Assembly (NCBI GenBank): GCA_001399795.1
Contig: LIHK01000023.1
Span: 6,916-70,915, forward strand
Length of the DNA: 64,000 nt
From: Candidatus Bathyarchaeota archaeon BA2
Lineage (GTDB): Archaea; Thermoproteota; Bathyarchaeia; Bathyarchaeales; Bathyarchaeaceae
Direction of reading: 5' to 3'
In this document: positions 17,678 to 25,730 of the stretch, in pieces
Layout of the letters: each line of letters begins with the position of its first letter
How positions within the stretch are numbered: position 1 is the first letter of the stretch
The notes under the pieces: generated by a model
Databases searched by the model: none
What the model was told of the DNA's origin: nothing
The model's input: only the letters and a program-made list of their open reading frames with translations
Position numbers and translations under genes: made by a program

Positions 17678-19852
17678 TTATCGTTCGTGAGGTATTATTT
17701 TAAACAATGGTACGTTGGTCATAAGGGCTTTCATCAAGCTGTCTCTCAATTCATCACTATTACGTGGAAGTTCTTCTCTGGGAAGATAAATTCGTGAAAC
17801 CGATCCTCCGAACATAAAAGAGTGTATTTGACTTTCTGATCTTAATTGTTCTTCCCAGGAGGTATCAACAATAGGCAAGATATTAATGTACTCTTGTGGT
17901 GGCTGCGCTGACCTAAAGAATTTGTAATATGCTCCTGATCGGGCCGGCGTCTGAGACAGGAATGTTGGTATGCCATGCATTTGCGAAAGGTTATCCAACA
18001 TGGTTTTCAATTCCTCAAGAAAGGCAACGATTTTTCCAACAACATTTCTCTTTGCCTCCACTGTGGCTTTTGATCCCTGGAAAAAATCAGCCAGCCCAAC
18101 AAGTCCAATGTGCAAGCTGGAATGTTCCACATCAAAGTATTTGTGGTCAGGATCAGGCGGGGTAGCTTGGCCTGTGATCTGTAACAACGGATCCTTCATC
18201 TTAAGTCTTGACTTAAGTTCGGTTCTTTTCTTTAGGTCAAAATAAACAAGATTTTTGATCAGCTCTTCAACATGTGAAAGTATTCCTTTAAAGTTTTCTT
18301 TGTCAGATACGTTTACTTTTTTTCTTATCTCGGGGAGATTCAAAGAAGCAAAAGTCATTATGCCTTTGCGCTGGTCATCCTCCGTTCCGTCAGAGGTGAT
18401 TCTTTGAATTTCGCAAGAATATGATACATGAGAACCTGAAACCTTATTCATCGTGCTATCCATATTCACAAAGTATATAGGAATGTGTCTCAGATCAGAT
18501 ACTTTCAAAATTGACAAAATTGTTTCAAGTGTTTTGGAGGATATTTTCTTATGGTCATTCAAGGAATTAACAGAGACTTTCAGAAACACTCTTGGATATA
18601 TCGGGGCATAAGTATTTTCTTCCTTTTTCTTACACATCATTTCGAGCAAAACATCAGCAGTGTCCCTCGCACATTCCCAATAATCACGGTATCGGCTTTC
18701 TTTCTCCTCGCCTTCCATGATTATATTAGAATTTTCTATGGGGCTGTTTTCATACTCTAATGTGATGCTTGAAAACACAGGATCCATCGGTCTGGCCACG
18801 TACAATCGCCAAATTTCCGAGATAAACGCCTCAATATACTGTCTCAACCGATGCTCGTATTGGTTACCTGTTGCGGCTTCCTTCATCTTCTTGACAAACG
18901 GAGCCATTAATACATTAAAATGGTCAATGTTCTGTGATCCCCCAACTTCAGACCGACACATAGCTAGTACAGCGCAAACACATGCAAGAGCAGAATCTAG
19001 ATGGCGTGCTGGACGAGAAGAGTGGAATTGCGTTTTTACTCCATACTGAAAGAACCAACGCATGTCGTGGTTTATGGTTAGTGGTTGAAAGACGTTAGAC
19101 AACCCATGGAAATACATGATAGATCCACGGTCTGAGCTAATGCGAAGGTCATCGGGTAGTCGTCTCAAGTTAATGGTACAGAGGATCCGCTTGCCAGGTG
19201 ATTGAAGATGAATTCCGTGATAGCTGGGTGTCTTCAGGGAGTTCTCCAAGTGTTTCCAAGACCATCCTATATCAGAGTACTTGAATGCCATGTTTTCAAA
19301 GCGCTCTCTGTTATACCTATCTTTTTCATGGTCCGCCATTTCTTGAAGCGCCTCAACTACTAGTGCTCTTATGGTACCTTTCCATATTTTCTCCATGCGA
19401 ACGTAGCCCAGACCGTTGGCATAATCTTCGACTCTTCGAGCTACAATATCAGCTTCCTTGACTTTCATGTTGAGTTCATGTAAAAGAGATTCGATGATTT
19501 GGGTGCGCCCTTTACTTCCCCAATGTTCAGTTGAGGTTGCGAAACGAACACTGGGAGGCTTCTCCCTTGACAGTGGCAAAAACCTTTTTTTAATTCGCCA
19601 TTTTTTTGGTCTTTGATCATCCGTTTCCAAAATTCCAGCCTTTGCAAGCTTGTCAAGATAGCGATACAGAGTCTTGGTACTTATTTTGATCCCTTGTTTT
19701 TTGAGCGCAATATTAATGTCGTTAAACGTGGCACTGACCTTTGCATCAACTTCTCTGAGAATCCTTACTGTTGCGTTAGAATTGGACCCTAATGCGGCGA
19801 TCTGTTCTCTTAAAATGTCTAAAGATGGATCCAACATCATTAACACCTTCAA
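17678..19852 (-). CDS. winged-helix DNA-binding domain fused to a class III (NrdD-like) ribonucleotide reductase core that lacks the glycyl-radical domain
   Basis: The N-terminal wHTH reads ISTKTLYRYLDKLAKAGILE...KKWRI. NrdD-type blocks follow: RPARHLDSALACVCAVLAMCRSEVGGSQNIDHFNVLMAPFV, GIMTFASLNLPEI, LSQTPARSG and FGGSVSRIYL. The protein ends before any CxxC Zn-ribbon or RVCGY motif. Confidence 0.7.
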   Translation of the reverse strand: MKVLMMLDPSLDILREQIAALGSNSNATVRILREVDAKVSATFNDINIALKKQGIKISTKTLYRYLDKLAKAGILETDDQRPKKWRIKKRFLPLSREKPPSVRFATSTEHWGSKGRTQIIESLLHELNMKVKEADIVARRVEDYANGLGYVRMEKIWKGTIRALVVEALQEMADHEKDRYNRERFENMAFKYSDIGWSWKHLENSLKTPSYHGIHLQSPGKRILCTINLRRLPDDLRISSDRGSIMYFHGLSNVFQPLTINHDMRWFFQYGVKTQFHSSRPARHLDSALACVCAVLAMCRSEVGGSQNIDHFNVLMAPFVKKMKEAATGNQYEHRLRQYIEAFISEIWRLYVARPMDPVFSSITLEYENSPIENSNIIMEGEEKESRYRDYWECARDTADVLLEMMCKKKEENTYAPIYPRVFLKVSVNSLNDHKKISSKTLETILSILKVSDLRHIPIYFVNMDSTMNKVSGSHVSYSCEIQRITSDGTEDDQRKGIMTFASLNLPEIRKKVNVSDKENFKGILSHVEELIKNLVYFDLKKRTELKSRLKMKDPLLQITGQATPPDPDHKYFDVEHSSLHIGLVGLADFFQGSKATVEAKRNVVGKIVAFLEELKTMLDNLSQMHGIPTFLSQTPARSGAYYKFFRSAQPPQEYINILPIVDTSWEEQLRSESQIHSFMFGGSVSRIYLPREELPRNSDELRDSLMKALMTNVPLFKIIPHER

Positions 19853-19862
19853 TCTTGCAAGA
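19853..19862. promoter_or_regulatory. 10-bp perfect palindrome TCTTGCAAGA abutting the NrdD-like gene start
   Basis: Seen directly in the sequence. It is followed by a duplicated CTTATAT (19866-19880) in the divergent intergenic region. Confidence 0.25.
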
Positions 19863-19990
19863 AGTTCTTATATGCTTATATACTTATTGGTCCTTGGCTG
19901 AGAATAATCCATATTTCATGAAGCAATTCTTAAAAAATTACAAGAAGATTTATTTTTCTCGCAAAAAAGGACAATCATGGGTGGAACAGA

Positions 19991-20359
19991 ATGTCTCAGT
20001 CAAAAGAGGATAGAAAGGCACCTCCTAGCGAGACGGATAAATTTTTCTGGGAGGACGACCCAGCCAGAACGTTGCATGTGCCTGCAGCATCCAAAACAAT
20101 CTCTGGGTCAAGCAAAACCATGTTTGATGTAGGAAAAATGTTGGAGAATATAAAGAATGAGGCAACAGATCCTGAAGAGCGTGAGATATGCCTAAAAGTG
20201 GCTGAGAAATGGTTTTCCGATGCTGTTGGAGTACCTACACATGTAGTTCCTATCGAGATAGGTACAGATGGGACATCAGAAAAATATACCCGAGGAGCCG
20301 CTGTCGTGGTTCCTCTAGTCATTCAAAGAGTTAACCCCCTAGTCTTCTCATACTCGTAA
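19991..20359 (+). CDS. hypothetical protein, probably the N-terminal part of one gene continuing at 20335-21147
   Basis: 122-aa ORF. Adding one C to the C5 run at 20335-20339 would fuse it in frame to the next ORF. Confidence 0.45.
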   Translation: MSQSKEDRKAPPSETDKFFWEDDPARTLHVPAASKTISGSSKTMFDVGKMLENIKNEATDPEEREICLKVAEKWFSDAVGVPTHVVPIEIGTDGTSEKYTRGAAVVVPLVIQRVNPLVFSYS

Positions 20360-20424
20360 CCCCTCGCTATGGCAAGTCTGCTCAAAGATTTCTTCATGAG
20401 AGGAAACTGAGCGAGGAAGAAGTC

Positions 20425-21147
20425 TTGGAAATCCATGACACCCTTGTTCGATACGCGTTAGTCTTGGCGACGGACACGTTCGATGGAGACAGACCTTCAA
20501 GAGCTTTTATGGATTATTACAATAAGGCTGAAAGTAGAATGGAGGGGATCAGGCAAACCAATTGGAAGCTGAAAGAAGGTGAAATAGCCCCTCCTGAACT
20601 CCTTCTCAAGGACTTCATCGTAAACGGCGTTAAAGTCCAGAAGTTAATCGATCTCATTCATCAGGCTAAGCGATCTGTACCTTCATACTTACAACCGTAC
20701 CGCTTTACACAACATGGAGACGAGTATCCGGGCAACCTTTTCATGGTGATAATACCCGTCACCACTGATCCCTTCTCGCGTATAAGAAAGTGGAAATTGT
20801 CGGACTTTGACAATCTGACGACCTCTGCCATTAGAGGTATTGAGATATACGGAGAAGAGGGGAAAATTAACGAAATCAACTATAACTATAAGTCGGTCGT
20901 CAGAGAGGATCTTAAAGAGGCCACAGAAAGGGCACTCAACGAACTAAAAAAGTGGGCCAGTCTTCATGGTGATAAACACTTTGAGGTTCGGTTTTACTAC
21001 TTTCTAGGCTTAGTCCAGATATGTGTTGCTGCTAAAATTAACGACCCTACCCTCTGCAAAATTCTCCTAGCTGAAGGGAGCAAGAATCTACATTATTTCG
21101 TCAATGAATCCGAAAAAGGAAAGAATAAGCGAGGTGTTGAGGGTTGA
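20425..21147 (+). CDS. hypothetical protein (frame open from 20335 but without a canonical start there)
   Basis: 240-aa ORF. The upstream in-frame sequence PPSLLILVTPRYGKSAQRFLHERKLSEEEV looks coding. The stop overlaps the next gene's start. Confidence 0.55.
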   Translation: MEIHDTLVRYALVLATDTFDGDRPSRAFMDYYNKAESRMEGIRQTNWKLKEGEIAPPELLLKDFIVNGVKVQKLIDLIHQAKRSVPSYLQPYRFTQHGDEYPGNLFMVIIPVTTDPFSRIRKWKLSDFDNLTTSAIRGIEIYGEEGKINEINYNYKSVVREDLKEATERALNELKKWASLHGDKHFEVRFYYFLGLVQICVAAKINDPTLCKILLAEGSKNLHYFVNESEKGKNKRGVEG

Positions 21148-21566
21148 AAGTTTACTATAAGCGATTAGTCATTCCCACAACGAGCCGGCTGGATGAAGTG
21201 GACATTACTGACCACACGCAACATGAAGTGCAAAAAAGTGAGGTGCAAAACGGTATGGCTTTCATTTTTGTTCCACACAACGGAGCCGCTCTAACCATCA
21301 ATGAGCATCAAAAAGAAATATGGAACGACAGCTGGAGATGCTATCAAACTTGGGCCCCTCTCGATGGTAACTATGAACATCATAGGACATGGGGTGGAAT
21401 GGAAAAGAACGGCATGGCTCACGTTCTTTCGAATTTCATGGCGAAATCCATTCCTCTCTTGATCCTTAACGGCAGGCTTAGGCTAGGGACATGGCAGCAG
21501 CTGCTGTTGTGGGAGATGGATGGACCAAGAGAACGTCAGGTGGACGTCATGGTGATGGGGGAATGA
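21144..21566 (+). CDS. YjbQ/UPF0047 family protein (secondary thiamine-phosphate synthase family), paralogue 1
   Basis: LDEVDITD...NGMAFIFVPHNGAALTINE...GTWQQLLLWEMDGPRERQV matches the family layout. The TTG start overlaps the upstream stop. Confidence 0.8.
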   Translation: MKVYYKRLVIPTTSRLDEVDITDHTQHEVQKSEVQNGMAFIFVPHNGAALTINEHQKEIWNDSWRCYQTWAPLDGNYEHHRTWGGMEKNGMAHVLSNFMAKSIPLLILNGRLRLGTWQQLLLWEMDGPRERQVDVMVMGE

Positions 21567-22735
21567 GAGCCGTCATCTTTGATCTCGATGGAACTCTGTA
21601 TAAAAGTGCCAAATTGAGCTCAGACATCTGGAGAAATCTTGTTAAGGTGGTTGCGGAAGAACTTGGAATATCGGAAGAGAAGGCCTCTGAATTCATCATC
21701 AAGGGAAAGAAGCGGCACCTCACCGTAACCAGAACTGTAGAGGCTATGGGGATCTCAAGGATTAGATTGTATGAGAGGTTAGCTAAATCTGTTAACCCTT
21801 CAGAATATTTAAATTTAGACCCTCGGCTCCAGTCCCTTGTCGATGAGCTGCACGACAAGGGATATAAGGTTGCCGTGGCAACGGACTCCGGTAGATCCTT
21901 AGCTGTTAAGATCCTCGACGCGATAGGGATTTTAAATAAGCTAGACTCAGTAGCCACCAGTTCCGAGGCTGCACCGAAGCCGGAGCCAAACATCTACCTC
22001 TATGCCCTAAGTAAGTTAAATATTTGGCCTAACCAGGCTGTTTATGTAGGAGACCGCTTGGAAGAGGCTAGAGGAGCTAAACAAGCCGGTCTCTCTACGC
22101 TCTTACTCTCCAAACTTCCAGTTGATAGTCCTTGGGTTGATTTCACCATCAGGGACTTAAACCAGCTACCTAAAATCTTGGAACATCACACTCCGTTCAT
22201 CATGACCATATCTAGCGACGGATTTCTGGACTCATCTGGTTTTAAAGGTATAACTCGACTCGAAACCAGACTAGAGGACGTATACCAAGAATTTCAAGAT
22301 CGGGACTATGTAGAGAAGTTATTACGAAAGGGACAAAACCCCATTATTAGAGTGAGGGAAAGGATTAATTTAAAGGGAGAGGGCCTGCTCAAGCTTTCAG
22401 TTCAGGCGATTTCATCGGGGAAGATCGGGAAAGAATATTTCTTAACTCCTCTACACGTCCATGACAAAAGCGAATTGATGGTGGGGATATCGGGAAAGGG
22501 GTTGGTTCTGCTACAATGTGGAGAATTAGCTGACTTGAAGCGCCTTGAAAGAGGAAAGTTGGTATACATTCCTCCTCGTTGGGCACACAGATGCATTAAC
22601 ATAGGCAACGAGAGGTTCGTCTACATAGCTATTTACGATTCTGAGATAAGGAAAAGCTACGGCATGAAACCCATCTACACAGCGATAGAGGGCGAAGATG
22701 GTAAGCCCAAGCTGATCCATGTGGAAGATGAGTAG
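21563..22735 (+). CDS. fusion of a HAD phosphatase domain and a cupin-type phosphoglucose-isomerase-like domain
   Basis: MRAVIFDLDGTLY (HAD motif I) and YVGDRLEEARGA lie in the N-terminal half. LHVHDKSE...VYIPPRWAHRCINIGNERFVYIAIY (archaeal cupin PGI signature) lies in the C-terminal half. The start forms an ATGA overlap with the upstream stop. Confidence 0.75.
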   Translation: MRAVIFDLDGTLYKSAKLSSDIWRNLVKVVAEELGISEEKASEFIIKGKKRHLTVTRTVEAMGISRIRLYERLAKSVNPSEYLNLDPRLQSLVDELHDKGYKVAVATDSGRSLAVKILDAIGILNKLDSVATSSEAAPKPEPNIYLYALSKLNIWPNQAVYVGDRLEEARGAKQAGLSTLLLSKLPVDSPWVDFTIRDLNQLPKILEHHTPFIMTISSDGFLDSSGFKGITRLETRLEDVYQEFQDRDYVEKLLRKGQNPIIRVRERINLKGEGLLKLSVQAISSGKIGKEYFLTPLHVHDKSELMVGISGKGLVLLQCGELADLKRLERGKLVYIPPRWAHRCINIGNERFVYIAIYDSEIRKSYGMKPIYTAIEGEDGKPKLIHVEDE

Positions 22736-22736
22736 A

Positions 22737-23162
22737 ATGAAAATTTTTAATCTCTCCATACATAGTAGAAAGCAGAGAGAACTAATTGACATAACTGACT
22801 ATGTTGAATCGATTATCCGTGAGAGTCGGATTACAAACGGGCTAGTTATCATCACCACACTACACGTGACAGCTGGAATCCTGATTAACGAATACGAGGA
22901 TAAACTGAAATGGGACATTCTCAATAAACTCACTGCCTTGTGCGCATCTCGCTCATACCGTCACCACCGTTATCACTACGAAGATGGTAGGCCAGCGGTT
23001 AATGCTCCATCCCATCTGGCCGTTATCTTAGCCAGCCAGCCAAGTGTAGCCCTGTTGATAGAAAACGGGTCTTTGCTTTTATCTAGGAGGCAAAGGATCA
23101 TGCTCTTAGAAGCCGATGGGCCTAAAGAGAGAAGTCTCAAAGTCCGTGTGGTCGAAGAGTGA
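22737..23162 (+). CDS. YjbQ/UPF0047 family protein, paralogue 2
   Basis: MKIFNLSIHSRKQRELIDITD...NGLVIITTLHVTAGILINE...LLEADGPKERSL. The ATG lies 1 nt after the upstream stop. Confidence 0.8.
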   Translation: MKIFNLSIHSRKQRELIDITDYVESIIRESRITNGLVIITTLHVTAGILINEYEDKLKWDILNKLTALCASRSYRHHRYHYEDGRPAVNAPSHLAVILASQPSVALLIENGSLLLSRRQRIMLLEADGPKERSLKVRVVEE

Positions 23163-24036
23163 AAAGTTACAGTGTGGTGATCATTTGATAGACATCCATG
23201 TCCATCCGTTTCTTCTGAAGGAGCTAACGGAAAAGCGCCCAGAGCTTTTAGAGGGTACCAAGGCATACTTGGGCATAAAGATTTCACCTCAACCGTTGGA
23301 GACACTAGTGAGACAGATGGAAGTAGCTGGAGTCGTCAAGGCTGTCTTGCTTGCCTTAGACCTCACATCCAAGTTAGGATGTAAGCTACCATCCAACGAG
23401 GAGGTAGCTGAGCTGGTTAGGATGGACCCAGACAGGTTCATTGGGTTTGCTAGTGTTGATCCTTTGCAGGGTCAAGAGGCTGCGAGACAATTGGAACATG
23501 CTATTAACGAACTAGGCTTAAGAGGTCTGAAGCTACATCCACCACTTCAAGATTTTGAACCCTCTGACCCAAAGTTGAGACCCGTGTTCAAAAAGTCTGA
23601 AGAATTAGAGATTCCTATTCTAGCTCATACCGGAATGACTTGGCAAAGGAGTTGTATATTAGAGCTCAGTCATCCGATGCTATGGGATAAAGTAGCTATG
23701 GATTTTCCAGATCTAAAAATAATCCTAGCACATTGTGGATGGCCTTGGGCGTGGGACGCAGCAGTGTTAGCAATGCGACATCCAAACGTCTATCTGGATA
23801 TAGCTAACACCTACACTGGAACGCCCTCCGAACACCTGTCTTTAATATTAACAGAAATGATGCCGAAGAGAATTGTAGAACGATTTCTAGCAGATAAACT
23901 ACTGTTTGGATCAGATTTCCCGTATATCGAGTTACATAAGATGGCCGAGTCTGTAAAGAAGTTGCCCATAGCAGATGAAGTCAAACTGCAGATTCTAGAA
24001 ACAAACGCATCTAAGCTACTTGGGTTGTTATTATAG
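23116..24036 (+). CDS. amidohydrolase-2 family metal-dependent hydrolase (TIM barrel)
   Basis: IDIHVHPF (HxH), ILAHCGWPW and GSDFPY metal-ligand motifs are present. The start is uncertain: the annotated ATG overlaps the upstream gene by 47 nt. Confidence 0.75.
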   Translation: MGLKREVSKSVWSKSEKLQCGDHLIDIHVHPFLLKELTEKRPELLEGTKAYLGIKISPQPLETLVRQMEVAGVVKAVLLALDLTSKLGCKLPSNEEVAELVRMDPDRFIGFASVDPLQGQEAARQLEHAINELGLRGLKLHPPLQDFEPSDPKLRPVFKKSEELEIPILAHTGMTWQRSCILELSHPMLWDKVAMDFPDLKIILAHCGWPWAWDAAVLAMRHPNVYLDIANTYTGTPSEHLSLILTEMMPKRIVERFLADKLLFGSDFPYIELHKMAESVKKLPIADEVKLQILETNASKLLGLLL

Positions 24037-24039
24037 CGC

Positions 24040-24171
24040 GCGATATCGACACCCAAGAGTGACTGTTGCTTGAAATCGAATATCAAAATCTTTATGCTTC
24101 AGGGCCTGAATAAGTGGTTCAACTACCCTTTTACACCCTATCTTTACAAAAATGTCTGCAGCGCCCCATCG
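24040..24171 (-). pseudogene. fragment of a HEAT-repeat (PBS-lyase type) protein
   Basis: RWGAADIFVKIGCKRVVEPLIQALKHKDFDIRFQATVTLG covers about 1.5 HEAT repeats with no plausible N- or C-terminus. It is bracketed by (GC)n tracts at 24036-24042 and 24247-24255. Confidence 0.4.
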
Positions 24172-24323
24172 AAGATGAAACGACTGTTCCATTGTCAAAC
24201 TGAATAGGGTATTCGAGAATCTTACTCGAAACATTATTTGAAAAAAGCGCGCGCGATTAATTCGGAATGTTGAAAACATAAAGTTTATATAACGCTTGAG
24301 TGTCTCACTGTTTAGGTGTTTAT

Positions 24324-24563
24324 ATGTCTAAGCGTACAACCATCCTGCTTGATAAGGAACTCTACGAGGAACTTGTGAAGGAAAGTTTAAGAAGATACGG
24401 AACTGTTAAAGCTCTATCTAAAGTTTTGAATTCAATATTGTTGGAGACTTTTAAAGGTAAGAGAGAGATGCTAAGGTTAATCTACTCAGAAAAAGCTGCG
24501 AAAACAACATGTGAGGAGTTTGAAAAGTTTCGGAGAGAACTGTCAAGAAGGCTAGAATCCTGA
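24324..24563 (+). CDS. VapB-type antitoxin (small DNA-binding protein)
   Basis: MSKRTTILLDKELYEELVKE begins at the ATG at 24324. The gene lies immediately upstream of the PIN gene, and its stop overlaps the PIN reading frame. Confidence 0.55.
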   Translation: MSKRTTILLDKELYEELVKESLRRYGTVKALSKVLNSILLETFKGKREMLRLIYSEKAAKTTCEEFEKFRRELSRRLES

Positions 24564-24583
24564 TCCTAGACACTACTTATCTT

Positions 24584-24988
24584 TTGCCTCTTGCTAGAAT
24601 TGAGATAGACGTGGATCTTCTAAGGGCCGTAGCTGACGGCAAAGTTGACTTAAAACTGGAAGACATAACCGTTAATACTATTTCGCTTTTTGAGCTCCAG
24701 GCAAAGGCCGCAAAGTTAAAAGTGCCAGCGAACTTTGTGATCGAAGCTATAGAGGCAATTCTCAAAACCTTCAAGATAGAGCAATTCCACAAGCCAAAAA
24801 TTATAGAGGTTGCTAGCGAAATAAGAAATATGCTGCCAGATTACATCGACTGCGTTATAGTTGCAACCGCGGTTTCGCTGAAGAATGATTTATTAACGGA
24901 GGACTCTTTAATACTATCCAGAAGAGGACCAATTAAGCAAAAGTATGGGATAAAAATATCAAAATTTTCAGAGTTTGTTGGAAAATGA
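24584..24988 (+). CDS. PIN-domain ribonuclease (VapC-like toxin)
   Basis: LFELQAK and DCVIVATAVSLKNDLLTEDS supply acidic residues. The first PIN aspartate (LILDTTYLLP) is encoded at 24560-24583, upstream of the first canonical start codon. Confidence 0.7.
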   Translation: MPLARIEIDVDLLRAVADGKVDLKLEDITVNTISLFELQAKAAKLKVPANFVIEAIEAILKTFKIEQFHKPKIIEVASEIRNMLPDYIDCVIVATAVSLKNDLLTEDSLILSRRGPIKQKYGIKISKFSEFVGK

Positions 24989-25114
24989 TGAACTTCGTTG
25001 CCCAAAACGTTACGTTATGAGACGTGCGTCATGGTTAGTTACTGACTGTTGGTTTCTCATTGGCATGAAATATTTAGGATTATATGGTGTATGTCTTAAA
25101 CTGATAAATGTTGT

Positions 25115-25332
25115 TTAATTAAAATAGTGCGCTAGAAGAATTGGATATTTCTCCTTTATTTCATCTAGAATATTTTTAACAGCTTCTCCGATAACTTCGA
25201 TTCTTCTGATCACGGCGTCTTGGTTTTTCTTGAACTTAAAAATTCATCTTTTGTTATTCCTTTTGTGTATTCTTCTATTCTTTCCATGCTCTCCAAGATA
25301 TGCTCAATGAAGATTTTTGGATCCTTCTTCAT
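25115..25332 (-). pseudogene. HEPN (DUF86) toxin remnant, frameshifted and lacking the R-x4-6-H motif
   Basis: MKKDPKIFIEHILESMERIEEYTKGITKDEFL is readable. The frame breaks at the T5 run 25224-25228, then reads QDAVIRRIEVIGEAVKNILDEIKEKYPILLAHYFN and stops. Confidence 0.6.
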
Positions 25333-25336
25333 AAAA

Positions 25337-25617
25337 TCACTTTTTGCTCCTGTAAAATCCTATTTTTGACAGGGGATTTAGGGAATTGTATGTGAGAACG
25401 TCAACTTTTCTTCTTAAAACTTCTTCTAATTCTATTTTCAGCCCTGCAAAATCAAGCAAACTTTTGTCGCCTTTAAACTCAACAAGGATATCTATATCAC
25501 TGTCTTCTTTTGTTCCTCCCTCACAAAAGAGCCGAAAATCGCCGCTCTTTTGATGTCATGGCGTTGCAAGACTGGGATGATTTTGTTCTTTATTTCTTCT
25601 AGTTCCCTACTCATCAT
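25337..25617 (-). pseudogene. minimal nucleotidyltransferase (MNT antitoxin), frameshifted
   Basis: MMSRELEEIKNKIIPVLQRHDIKRAAIFGSFVREEQ is followed by a frame break at the T4 run 25508-25511, then DSDIDILVEFKGDKSLLDFAGLKIELEEVLRRKVDVLTY. Confidence 0.7.
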
Positions 25618-25730
25618 ATAGGTAATGTTGCTTCAATGCTTTTATCTCTACCCTTTTCAAAATGGGCAAGAGAAGTGAAGTTCCGAAGCTTTCCTTAGAA
25701 TGTGGCTTGTGTCCATGAATGGTTTTATGG

